In this document: piece by piece, positions 9,161 through 18,238 of the stretch
How the letters are laid out: each line of letters starts with the position of its first letter
Numbering within the stretch: position 1 is the first letter of the stretch
DNA from: Candidatus Curtissbacteria bacterium
Lineage (GTDB): Bacteria > Patescibacteriota > Microgenomatia > Curtissbacterales > GWA2-41-24
DNA: 64,000 nucleotides
Direction of reading: 5' to 3'
NCBI GenBank assembly: GCA_024654445.1
Contig: JANLHP010000013.1
Coordinates: 26,528-90,527 of the forward strand
Notes under the pieces: model-generated
What the model saw: the letters and a program-made list of their open reading frames with translations, nothing else
What the model was told of the DNA's origin: nothing
Databases searched by the model: none
Position numbers and translations under genes: made by a program

Positions 9161-10195
9161 TTATTTTTCCTTTAAAACATAATAGGTTGCCCGTCCACGA
9201 CCTTTTCTCTCAATTAACCCAAGCTCAATTAGTTTTTTAAAATCAAGCGCTCTTGTTGCTTTTGCACGGCTTGTGAGCTTTGCATAAGCCGGGTCGGCAA
9301 TAAAGCCTTTTTCGCGAATGTACTCAAGCATTTTAAGGTGGTATGGTTGCAGCTCATTATCAGGATTTACCGCAGACTGCGGAAGCATTTTCTGAACCCG
9401 CAAGAGTTCGTCAATAATCCCTTCTGTAAAATATTCAAGCCAATTAGTAAAGTCTTGCTTGTCAACAATCTCGTAATAATTACCAAATTCTCCAACCGTC
9501 TGAAAGTATCTTGTGACATTTTTGTTGTAATAGTTTTCAAAGCTAAAAAGATTAAACGTATTGAGTCCTAAAGCCGCCAGTAAAACTTTTGTAACAAGTC
9601 TGGTTGTTCTCCCGCTTCCATCCATAAACGGGTGAATTACAACCATTTGTTTATGAAATACACCAGCAAGAATTAGAGAGTCAATTACATTTATATTTTC
9701 ATTTATGAACTTGATTAAATCCTCAAGTAGCAACTCCACATCTTTGACATCAGGAGGAAGATATACCGTCTGTCTTGTTCTTGAATCATTTACAACAACT
9801 GCTTTTTCTCTAAGCTGCCCTGACTCAAAAGACGGAAGCAAGCCTGCTGTTATTTGTTTTTGAATGTTAAGAATGAGACTTATAGATATTTCTATCGTTC
9901 CTTCGGCAAGCTTTCTGTTTAGGTCTTGCAGCGCTTGATTGTAATTTAATACTTCGCGCTCACTGTCCCGAATATGGGAAGGTTTTGATTTAAGAATCTT
10001 TTTGACCTCTGTTAGTGGTAACGGATTTCCCTCAATGCTTGTTGAAGCATAACTTGAGACTTCACGCGCACTTCTCTCAAGTTCAAGAAGTACTACGTTT
10101 GAGAAATGTTTATTATTGAGATTGGAAACTAAAGAGTCAATTCTTTTGATGTTTGCTAAAAGCTTGTCTGTGATCGTATATCGAGGCTGAAACAT
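9161..10195 (-). CDS. Fic family protein with N-terminal inhibitory motif and C-terminal wHTH
   Basis: STSIEGN inhibitory motif; HPFMDGSGRTTR Fic motif; C-terminal ATRALDFKKL.ELGLIE..G.GRATYY. Confidence 0.92.
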   Translation of the reverse strand: MFQPRYTITDKLLANIKRIDSLVSNLNNKHFSNVVLLELERSAREVSSYASTSIEGNPLPLTEVKKILKSKPSHIRDSEREVLNYNQALQDLNRKLAEGTIEISISLILNIQKQITAGLLPSFESGQLREKAVVVNDSRTRQTVYLPPDVKDVELLLEDLIKFINENINVIDSLILAGVFHKQMVVIHPFMDGSGRTTRLVTKVLLAALGLNTFNLFSFENYYNKNVTRYFQTVGEFGNYYEIVDKQDFTNWLEYFTEGIIDELLRVQKMLPQSAVNPDNELQPYHLKMLEYIREKGFIADPAYAKLTSRAKATRALDFKKLIELGLIERKGRGRATYYVLKEK

Positions 10196-10204
10196 ATTAG
10201 TATA

Positions 10205-10236
10205 TAGACGAATTATAGACGATTATTAGACGATTT
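10205..10236. promoter_or_regulatory. Three direct repeats TAGACGA with 11-bp period upstream of the fic start
   Basis: TAGACGA at 10205, 10216 and 10227. Confidence 0.55.
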
Positions 10237-10367
10237 GTAATAGTTGACTAATTAAAGAGTCAGGGGTCACCGATAGATGGAAAGTAGAATAAAACCAGTC
10301 ATTCGATAAAAGAAGAAAATTCTGGTATTAAACGTAGTGGAAACTTGATATATAATTTGGTAATATT

Positions 10368-10976
10368 ATGGAAAGTTCAGAAGCGGCTACTCAGCTGCTT
10401 AAAAACAAATATAATCTTCATAAAAGCCCAGAAGTAGATAACGCTGCGAAGCGTACAAAAGCACACACAGGCGAGAGAATTCCCCAAGACCCATTACTTC
10501 GTATTCAAAACTACTTGAATCGTTTTCACGAAATTACAGATCGACCTGACGCAGACGATCGTGAACACGGCATGGATGCTGCAAAAAGATTTCTTCACTC
10601 AAAGTATGTCATTAAACCAGATGAGGTCCCAGAAGGATATTTTGAAAACCAGCAACGCCAGGCACGCGAACTTGGACATGGGGATATTGAAATAACAGGT
10701 GACATGCGAACTCAATTAACAGATGTTCTTGTCGCAGATCAAAAATCAAGTCTTGATAAATGGGTTGATTATCTTTCCTCGCCGGACGCTCCCTACCCTG
10801 ATAGTTTAAAATATTTTACCCTCAGAAGCATTCTTACGATGGGTGATTACGATAAAGAAAGACACGCATTTACGCAAAGATCAAAAGGCACGGTTAAACC
10901 ATTTCCAGACCTCAACCGAGAGGCACTTGCCTACGGGTATAAGTGCCCTTTTTGCTTATTGACACGGCTTCTATAA
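10368..10976 (+). pseudogene. Probably C-terminally truncated hypothetical protein
   Basis: Conserved-looking sequence up to PFPDLNREALAY (~10934), then an unrelated 14-aa tail; the truncation is inferred from recalled longer homologs. Confidence 0.55.
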
Positions 10977-11080
10977 AAGGTTTATTACAAGACTAGTTTA
11001 AATCCAAAACAATTTTCGTATTTTAACAACCAAAAATTATGCGAGCTGCCCGTGCAGTTTTTCGCACCCTAAAAATTAAA

Positions 11081-11518
11081 ATGAAGGAGAAATTACAGCA
11101 CACAAAACGCAATAATCTAAAGGTAAACTGGAGAACTGTTTGGTACTCTGTTTTGATTTGGCTGATGGGAATTATTGTTGGCGGATTTGTTGTTTTGCCT
11201 TGGTATTATTTAGTTTTCCCCTTAATTGTTTTATGGACTACTGTTGTTTACTTTAACAGCAAAAGGTCCGAAAAGAGTTTCAGGGCTGGTCTTTGGATTT
11301 CTTTGTTTTGGTTTTTTTCTATTTGTACTTTAGATTTTATTGAGATCATTGGTCCTTATTACTTTGATGTGCCATTCTATTTTTCGGATTCAAGAAACTG
11401 GTTGAAATATCCCTTAATTCTGCTTGTGCCCGTAATTTACAGTTTGGTTTTGGAATCTTCAAGATTTAGAAAGCCCCCGCGCCGTGTCCTTGCGCCAAAG
11501 TTAAGTGCGGATATTTAA
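11081..11518 (+). CDS. Membrane protein, about 4 TM
   Basis: Four hydrophobic segments. Confidence 0.7.
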   Translation: MKEKLQHTKRNNLKVNWRTVWYSVLIWLMGIIVGGFVVLPWYYLVFPLIVLWTTVVYFNSKRSEKSFRAGLWISLFWFFSICTLDFIEIIGPYYFDVPFYFSDSRNWLKYPLILLVPVIYSLVLESSRFRKPPRRVLAPKLSADI

Positions 11519-11583
11519 ATCTCTTGCTGTTGATTCGACGCTTTGAGGTATGTTAACCTTAATTTTAACGAAATCCCCAAACA

Positions 11584-12141
11584 ATGCGAGATCTTTCGAA
11601 GACACAATATCGTGATCACAATAAGCTTGCTTCACTCAAAAAATACGGGAAAATTTTTATAATCGTTGCTTTTATACTTGGAGTTTTCTTCGCTGTTACT
11701 TCTACTTTTAATATTTCAACACCTGGTGGCTCCGCGGTGGTATTGAGAGAAGCCCCTAGAGGACTTACTCCCGTTGGAGGCAGTAGCGAACTTTCAGGTG
11801 TTGCGGAGGGTGGCGTAGAGCTTACCAAACAGACGGCAACATTACAGGATGTGGAATATGGTGGAGAAGCAAGAGGAAGTGCAACAAGGTCTTTTGGTGG
11901 TGGAACGTATATCCTTACTGTTTCTGCAACGCTTCCGGATCCGACCAATAACTTATACCAAGTATGGCTTGCAAATGGAAGCCAAGCACTACCAATCGAT
12001 TATATGAGTGGTTCCAAAAATAGTTGGAGCCTGTCACTTCGAGATACAGATAAATATTCCAACTATCGGGAGATCTGGATTACAAGAGAAATAACAAAAG
12101 ATTCAAAACCCGAGTTACACGTATTGGAAGGCTCCTTTTAA
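11584..12141 (+). CDS. Membrane protein with RskA-like (anti-sigma factor) C-terminal domain
   Basis: TM helix, then LPDP....YQVWL...ITRE....P...VLEG. Confidence 0.6.
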   Translation: MRDLSKTQYRDHNKLASLKKYGKIFIIVAFILGVFFAVTSTFNISTPGGSAVVLREAPRGLTPVGGSSELSGVAEGGVELTKQTATLQDVEYGGEARGSATRSFGGGTYILTVSATLPDPTNNLYQVWLANGSQALPIDYMSGSKNSWSLSLRDTDKYSNYREIWITREITKDSKPELHVLEGSF

Positions 12142-12232
12142 CGTTCATAGTTGATCGTATATCGTTCATCGCAATTTAAGTTTCTTCTTTGATTGACTAC
12201 TCCCCATCAACCATTTACGATTAACGATTAAC

Positions 12233-12652
12233 ATGAAGCGAGTGATGGTTTTCGGCGCATTTGACGGATTGCACCCCGGCCACATTAATTTTTTTAACCA
12301 AGCCATAAAGCATGGTGATTATCTGATTGTTTCTGTTGGAACTGACAAAAACGTTTTTAAAATAAAAGGCAAGAAACCCTTGTTCTCTCAAAACGAAAGG
12401 CTATCGCTTGTGGAAAACGTCGCCTTGGTGGATAAAGCAGTTCTTGGTGCGGAAGAAGATTTTTACGGAGAACTAAAAAAATACGAACCAGATTTTATTT
12501 GTTTGGGCTACGATCAGTGGGCGAGTGAGGAAGAGGTTAGTCACGGTTTAAAAAAAGCTGGCCTTTTAAAAACTAAAGTCGTAAGACTTAAACCCTATAA
12601 AGAAACTAAAGCTAAGTCAACTCATTTGAAAAAGCGCTCAGTAGATTTCTAA
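12233..12652 (+). CDS. Cytidylyltransferase-family nucleotidyltransferase (FAD synthase RibL-like)
   Basis: FG.FDGLHPGH, ER...V...VD.A.LG and PD.I.LGYDQ. Confidence 0.85.
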   Translation: MKRVMVFGAFDGLHPGHINFFNQAIKHGDYLIVSVGTDKNVFKIKGKKPLFSQNERLSLVENVALVDKAVLGAEEDFYGELKKYEPDFICLGYDQWASEEEVSHGLKKAGLLKTKVVRLKPYKETKAKSTHLKKRSVDF

Positions 12653-12713
12653 GCATTTTCAAGGTGATAAAGTTCTGGTGTTGCTTTCGCTGCCAGAATA
12701 ACATTATCATCTT

Positions 12714-12824
12714 GTCATTCCAGCGAGAGCTGGAATCCACTTCGAGTAAGGGGGAATCAAAATATCAAGGTCTTCAGGTCGGCGAGTAATTCATTTATGG
12801 ATTCTGAATCTAGTTCAGAATGAC
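12714..12824. repeat. Palindromic element of GTCATTC...GAATGAC type
   Basis: GTCATTCCAGCGAGAGCTGGAATCCA ... TGGATTCTGAATCTAGTTCAGAATGAC; further hairpins on both sides, between convergent genes. Confidence 0.75.
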
Positions 12825-12897
12825 GGAGGTCCCTCGAGGAAACCTCGGGTTCCTCTTAAAGTTCTAGTAGGGTGGAAAGGTCGAGGTGGCTCGACAT

Positions 12898-13251
12898 TTA
12901 GAAAGGAAATCTTTTAGCAATTTTTGTTACGATTCCTTCTTTGTGCTGTTTGGAAATTTTTTTCTCCTTAACTTTGACGAGAAGTCTCTTCATTCGTTCA
13001 ACTGCTTTATCTATGGCTTTGTCCACCGAGTGTTCAACGTCTACAATCGAAAGATTTTTTCCTGGTATGTCTATTTCTATCTCACAATAGTAATCTTGTT
13101 CTTTGTCGCGATGAGATTTTTGTGATATCAAACGGACTTCAATTAGGTCTATTTTGGAGTGGAATTTAGCTAACTTTTTTACTTTTTCTTTTGCGTATTC
13201 TTCTACTTCTGGGAATTCTTTGAGGTGAATGCCGGAGACTATTATATTCAT
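12898..13251 (-). CDS. hpf: Ribosome hibernation promoting factor (HPF/RaiA)
   Basis: MNI.VSG.H......EYA.EK..KL.KF; AID.AVE.M.R.L.K.KEK. Confidence 0.88.
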   Translation of the reverse strand: MNIIVSGIHLKEFPEVEEYAKEKVKKLAKFHSKIDLIEVRLISQKSHRDKEQDYYCEIEIDIPGKNLSIVDVEHSVDKAIDKAVERMKRLLVKVKEKKISKQHKEGIVTKIAKRFPF

Positions 13252-13265
13252 TGTGGTAATTTTAT

Positions 13266-13305
13266 ATTAACAATTGACAATTAACAATTAACAATTTACC
13301 ATTTA
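13266..13305. repeat. 7-mer tandem microrepeat
   Basis: (ttaacaa/ttgacaa)n. Confidence 0.7.
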
Positions 13306-13368
13306 CTTCGATATGTTTGATCCTTCTTCGTCAAGATTTAGGAGGACAAGTAAGTTAGGAGTATAAAG

Positions 13369-13653
13369 ATGTTTGACAAGTTACAACAATTAAAAGAACT
13401 CAAAAAGATGCGCGATGACGCGATGCGGATTCAGAAGGCGCTCGACGAGGAAGTCGTAGAAATTGAAAGAAATGGTGTTAAGGTCAAACTAACACTCGCT
13501 CAAAGATTTATCGAAATCAATGCAAATGGTCATGACGATAGCGATGTCGTTGAAGCTGTAAACGAAGCTGTAAAAGAAAGCCAAAAAGAGGCAGCCAAAA
13601 AGATGCAAGGCATGGTTGGTATGGATGGCCTCAAGGGCATGTTCGGGCAGTAA
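13369..13653 (+). CDS. ybaB: YbaB/EbfC nucleoid-associated protein
   Basis: Helical pattern, AVNEA.K..Q..AA.KM; directly upstream of recR. Confidence 0.8.
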   Translation: MFDKLQQLKELKKMRDDAMRIQKALDEEVVEIERNGVKVKLTLAQRFIEINANGHDDSDVVEAVNEAVKESQKEAAKKMQGMVGMDGLKGMFGQ

Positions 13654-13676
13654 TTGTTTGATATACTTCTTTCTGA

Positions 13677-14273
13677 GTGAAAGTTCCAAAAAGTGTTGCT
13701 AATTTAATCGAAGCTTTTGAAAGCTTGCCTGGGATTGGCCCAAAGACCGCGGCGAGGCTTACTTACTATCTTCTGCACGCTCCGGACTCGCTTTCCGAAA
13801 AACTTTCGGAAGCCACACGCGATTTAAAAACAAATACTAAAATTTGTTCTATTTGCCAGAATATTACAGAACATGACCCGTGCGAGATTTGTGAGGATGC
13901 CGATCGCGATCAGACGATTATTTGTATCGTGGAGGATCCGCTGGATGTTTGGGCGATAGAAAAATCCGGAAGTTTTGGAGGTTTATACCACGTTTTGCAT
14001 GGAGTAATTGCGCCTCTTGAGAATGTTGGTCCAGAAGACCTTAGAATAAATGAACTTTTGAGTCGACTTAAGGATGAAAAAGTAAAGGAACTTATTATGG
14101 CAACAAACCCGTCGATGGAAGGTGAAGCAACAGCAATGTACATTCAAAGATTAGTAAAACCTCTGGGATTAAAAGTTACGAGAATCGCCAGGGGAATTCC
14201 TATCGGTGCAGAGTTGGAATACGCAGACGAGGTTACAGTCCGCAGAGCTCTCGAAGGTCGCAAAGACTTTTAA
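13677..14273 (+). CDS. recR: Recombination mediator RecR
   Basis: LPGIGPKTA.RL, C4 zinc finger, YHVLHG, EGEATA and RIA.GIP.G.ELEYAD. Confidence 0.97.
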   Translation: MKVPKSVANLIEAFESLPGIGPKTAARLTYYLLHAPDSLSEKLSEATRDLKTNTKICSICQNITEHDPCEICEDADRDQTIICIVEDPLDVWAIEKSGSFGGLYHVLHGVIAPLENVGPEDLRINELLSRLKDEKVKELIMATNPSMEGEATAMYIQRLVKPLGLKVTRIARGIPIGAELEYADEVTVRRALEGRKDF

Positions 14274-14353
14274 GATGAATAACGAATTAAGAATTATGAA
14301 TTAAGGTTTCAAACCATAATTCATAATTCAAGATTATACGCTACAATGGAATC

Positions 14354-14863
14354 ATGGGTGACGGCGACGGATTTGGTTCCCAAATTTTAGATACTGTAGG
14401 TGAAGTTGGTGGGGCAGTTGGGTCTGAACTTAAAAAATTCGGCAAAAGTGCTGCATCTCAGGTTACGGGTGGTCAAGACTCTTCTTCTAATTCGACAAAT
14501 AATTCCGCAAAAAATAAATCGAGTAGCCCTGGTGACAATCCCGTAGGTGAATTTAAAAAGGTAGGCCAATCTATAGTTGGACAGATAAGCGGGCGAGAGC
14601 CAAGGCACGATGAAATAGCCGAAATGAAAAAGAATGACGATGAATTTTCGGAAGCCGAACATTCTGCTGTTGCTGTCAGAATTCAGCAGATTTATGAGGA
14701 ACATGCGGCCAAAAGGGCAAGTGAAGCAAAAAAAGAAGAGATGGTAGAGGGGCGAAAAGAAGAGGTGAAGGCTGAGAATCTAGAAGTGCAAAAGAAACAA
14801 GAATTCACTAACAGCGCAATCCAAAAAACACGCGCAGAGATCAAGAATTATGGAGCGGAGTAA
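14354..14863 (+). CDS. Hypothetical low-complexity protein
   Basis: 169-aa ORF with internal repeat (E.KK.G.S...Q..G) and charged C-terminus. Confidence 0.6.
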   Translation: MGDGDGFGSQILDTVGEVGGAVGSELKKFGKSAASQVTGGQDSSSNSTNNSAKNKSSSPGDNPVGEFKKVGQSIVGQISGREPRHDEIAEMKKNDDEFSEAEHSAVAVRIQQIYEEHAAKRASEAKKEEMVEGRKEEVKAENLEVQKKQEFTNSAIQKTRAEIKNYGAE

Positions 14864-14915
14864 TTTTTGCAAGGCCGACTTTACTTAGAGCGTAATAAAA
14901 ACTAAAATTTGACCG

Positions 14916-15134
14916 ATGACACAGGAGAGAAGTGGTGAAAGACTACAAGGGAAAGGCCAAAACGGTGTCCCCGGCGGCGGATTATCGCCAGAATTAAGAG
15001 ACATATTGGAAGGTCAAAGTCTGGAAGCTGAAGTCGATGCAGCCATAGATGCAGTACTTGAAGAAGGATATCAAATGGCACGGGAAGAAATGTTAAAAGT
15101 AATTCAAGAAATGAAAAAAGATCCAAGCAAATAA
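14916..15134 (+). CDS. Small protein, candidate Fic antitoxin
   Basis: 72 aa, ends 5 bp before a fic gene; AAIDAVLEEGY resembles the (S/T)xxxE(G/N) helix. Confidence 0.45.
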   Translation: MTQERSGERLQGKGQNGVPGGGLSPELRDILEGQSLEAEVDAAIDAVLEEGYQMAREEMLKVIQEMKKDPSK

Positions 15135-15139
15135 ACCTG

Positions 15140-15997
15140 ATGCAAAATCTTGAAGGTTCAGAGAATCTGTCTTTGTCTGAGGATGGTGAAAAGAGAAAAA
15201 TAGCAGAAGGTGGGATGTTAGCGGCGCATTTCGTTAGAAAAGTGTCAATGGGGAGAAAGGTGGATGGCAGGAGATACGGTTTTGATGGTGATTACGTAAG
15301 GGCAATTAATAAAAGGGTGGCCGCCGGTGCTGACTGGGGAGGTCGGCTTAGGGAGGAGAATTTAGGTATAGATGAATTTGATGCCGTAAGCTGGCATGAG
15401 GTGCCGACAAGATTTTATTTGTATTCTAACTGGTTGGACACTCAGATGAGAGAGGTTACATCCAACCCTGATGATATTGTTCTTGCTCTCGAGACTGCTG
15501 CAGCTGCACATTACGGGCTTACTCAACCAGAGCTCCATCCTTTTGCGTTTGGAAATGGTAGAACTGCAAGGGCTTTGGTCAATGGAATTTTAATGACCTG
15601 TGCTGATGAGCTTAGGCTCTACAAAATAGCTCTCCCTCCAATTCCAATTCTTCGAGATTACAATGAGGATCGAGATCGGAGATATATAAAAGCCTTAAGG
15701 TCTGTCAGGGAAACTGGAACACTTAATCCCTTAATGACTGTTTTGGCCAACAGATGGTCTCAAAATTTAGGAGAACTTTTGGAAAGAATCCACAAGGAGC
15801 TTGGGATTCCTAAAAATCCAGCTGATAAAAGAATGATCGAAACCTTGGAGAGGAGAAAAGATAGGCTCGATGAATTTGCTGGTCATTCCGAAAGCTCGAA
15901 TAAAAATGTACAAAAAAAAATGAAGAATGGTTATCATCAGTACTGGGTTCCCAATTACTTTGATCCGGTTTGGATGAAGGGTGGTAGTGGCAATTAA
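15140..15997 (+). CDS. Fic/Doc family protein with non-canonical motif
   Basis: LHPFAFGNGRTARA; preceding AAAAHY helix; R.RYIKAL. Confidence 0.85.
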   Translation: MQNLEGSENLSLSEDGEKRKIAEGGMLAAHFVRKVSMGRKVDGRRYGFDGDYVRAINKRVAAGADWGGRLREENLGIDEFDAVSWHEVPTRFYLYSNWLDTQMREVTSNPDDIVLALETAAAAHYGLTQPELHPFAFGNGRTARALVNGILMTCADELRLYKIALPPIPILRDYNEDRDRRYIKALRSVRETGTLNPLMTVLANRWSQNLGELLERIHKELGIPKNPADKRMIETLERRKDRLDEFAGHSESSNKNVQKKMKNGYHQYWVPNYFDPVWMKGGSGN

Positions 15998-17408
15998 GCT
16001 TTATAATTTTCTCCCCAAAAAAGTAGAAGAGTTTAATCCGATCAATGCCAAGAGCGTCGGGATGTATACCTGTGGCCCGACGGTTTACGACTATGTCCAC
16101 ATTGGCAATTGGCGTACCTTTGTTTTTGAAGACGTTTTAAAGCGTGTTTTGAGATTTAATGATTTTGATGTGACGCATGTTATGAATATAACCGACATCG
16201 ACGACAAGATAATTAAAAAAGCCGCTGATGAAGGAGTCGACTATAAGAAGATAACAGAAAAATTCGAAGAAGCGTTTTTTGATGATTTTGAAAAATTAAA
16301 TATAGAATCCGAAGAGGATGCACCGAGAGAAGTTCGTAGAGAAACAAATATGTTCGAACAGTATCCTAGGGCAACCGAGAGTATTGACGCAATGATAGTC
16401 CTGATCCAAAAACTTCTCGAAAAAGGTGTTGCCTACAAAGGGGACGATGGAATTTATTTTTCGGTTGAAAAATTTCCAAATTACGGTAAACTTTCTGGGC
16501 TTTCTAAAGGTAATTTGAAAAAGGGCGCGAGGGTTAACGCTGATTTATACGATAAAGAAAGCTGGGCGGATTTCGCGCTTTGGAAGTTCCCTTCTTCGCC
16601 AAAGGCTTCGGGAGGGCAAGTAAAAAAGGAGCCCAGTTGGCCGGCGCCATTTGGAGAAGGTAGACCGGGTTGGCATATCGAGTGTTCTGCTATGAGCATG
16701 AAAGCTCTTGGCGAAACGTTTGATATCCATGCCGGTGGTGTAGATTTGCTGTTTCCTCACCACGAAAACGAAATTGCGCAAAGTGAGGCGGCGACCGGGA
16801 AGAAATTCGTTAATTATTGGATGGAGGGTGAGCATCTACTTGTTGAGGGAGAAAAGATGTCTAAAAGCTTGAACAATATTTATACGCTTGCCGATATTTC
16901 TGAAAAAGGATTTGATACTCTCGCGCTCCGCTATTTGTTTCTGACGGCACATTACAGGTCTAAACTTAACTTTACTTGGGAAAGTCTACAGGGTGCGGGC
17001 AATGCGCTGAACAATTTGCGGGAGGAAGTCGCCAGTTGGAATGAGGTCGAAAAGGAGGCGTGGGAAGGTTTACCTGATTTTGAAAAAGATTTTAAAAACG
17101 CGATCAACAACGATTTGGACATGCCGCGAGCAGTTGCTGTGATGTGGGATATGGTTAAAAGCGATAATCCAACTGTTCGAAAGCACGAATCAATTTTGGT
17201 GATGGATAAGGTTTTGGGGCTTGGGCTGGAGAGAATTAAAAAAGCAGAATTGCCAGAAGGCGCGAAAGAACTAATTGAAAAAAGAGAGGCAGTGAGGAAG
17301 ACGGGAGATTTTGAAGAGTCGGATAATATGAGGGGAGAGTTAGCAAAGATGGGGGTTGAGGTTGAGGATACACCGCAGGGGCCAAAGTGGAAGGTCAAAC
17401 AGCGATAA
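15981..17408 (+). CDS. cysS: Cysteine--tRNA ligase
   Basis: [37 protein letters not shown] and KMSKS. Confidence 0.98.
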   Translation: MVVAIKLYNFLPKKVEEFNPINAKSVGMYTCGPTVYDYVHIGNWRTFVFEDVLKRVLRFNDFDVTHVMNITDIDDKIIKKAADEGVDYKKITEKFEEAFFDDFEKLNIESEEDAPREVRRETNMFEQYPRATESIDAMIVLIQKLLEKGVAYKGDDGIYFSVEKFPNYGKLSGLSKGNLKKGARVNADLYDKESWADFALWKFPSSPKASGGQVKKEPSWPAPFGEGRPGWHIECSAMSMKALGETFDIHAGGVDLLFPHHENEIAQSEAATGKKFVNYWMEGEHLLVEGEKMSKSLNNIYTLADISEKGFDTLALRYLFLTAHYRSKLNFTWESLQGAGNALNNLREEVASWNEVEKEAWEGLPDFEKDFKNAINNDLDMPRAVAVMWDMVKSDNPTVRKHESILVMDKVLGLGLERIKKAELPEGAKELIEKREAVRKTGDFEESDNMRGELAKMGVEVEDTPQGPKWKVKQR

Positions 17409-17479
17409 CTTCACAGGACGAGACCACTCTATTACTCTAGAGTATTAGAGTGATTTATACTGCATGATAGTTCATAGAA

Positions 17480-18151
17480 ATGATTGATGTCGTTAAAGTT
17501 AAAAATCGAAATGAGGGGCAAGACAAGGCGCATGATCTTTTAAAAAGGTTAGTCGATGATAAAACTCTGCTGGCCCTTAGCGGGGGAACTTCTCCTGATT
17601 ATAAACGAATGATTGTTAAGCCAGGCGATATTAGACCTGGGGCAATTTGCGTTGTAGACGATCGGTTTGGAAAACCATTCCATAAAGACAGCACGGAGTT
17701 TCTTCTAAAAGAATCAGGCGTCAAAGATTGTGCAGACGACTATTGCATGGAAGCTCACAAGATTTTAAAGGGGGAAGATCTAATAACAACCGGGAAAATT
17801 TATGCGGAAGAAATCGAAGAATTATTTGGAAGGTTTAGTAAAAGGGTCGGTCTAATGGGGGTTGGGACAAATTTACATACTGGTGGAATTTTTCCTTACA
17901 GTTTGGCTGCAAAATCTCCGGAGCTTGCCGTTGGGGAAACAGTTGATGATAAATACAAGAAGAGGGTTTCAATAACCCTAAAAGCATTGGGGCAATTTAC
18001 TGGCTTTATAATTTTGATGTTTGGAAAAGAAAAAAAAGATGCAATTAAAACAATGCTAGATGAAGCGGAAAATGATATGCAAAAGTATCCTGCGATTTTT
18101 TACAGAAAATCGAAAATCAAATCTTACTTAATTACAGACCAAAACGTATAA
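17480..18151 (+). CDS. 6-phosphogluconolactonase-like protein
   Basis: ALSGG.SP, VDDR, MGVG...HTGGIFP and R.S.T; adjacent to gnd and zwf. Confidence 0.78.
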   Translation: MIDVVKVKNRNEGQDKAHDLLKRLVDDKTLLALSGGTSPDYKRMIVKPGDIRPGAICVVDDRFGKPFHKDSTEFLLKESGVKDCADDYCMEAHKILKGEDLITTGKIYAEEIEELFGRFSKRVGLMGVGTNLHTGGIFPYSLAAKSPELAVGETVDDKYKKRVSITLKALGQFTGFIILMFGKEKKDAIKTMLDEAENDMQKYPAIFYRKSKIKSYLITDQNV

Positions 18152-18223
18152 ATATTCTTCGAGTGAGCGTAGCGAATCGAGAAGTTTTTATTAAAGTGAG
18201 TTCTCGACAAGCTCGAATAATAT
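18152..18223. repeat. Palindromic intergenic element
   Basis: TTCGAGTGAGCGTAGCGAATCGAGAA ... TTCTCGACAAGCTCGAA inverted arms. Confidence 0.65.
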
Positions 18224-18238
18224 TATTAATATAAAGTG

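Noticed and set aside
8440-11000. Complete DGR cassette
   Set aside because: No reverse transcriptase or Avd ORF and no AAY-rich template repeat was found by eye in the window; only a target-like gene is supported.
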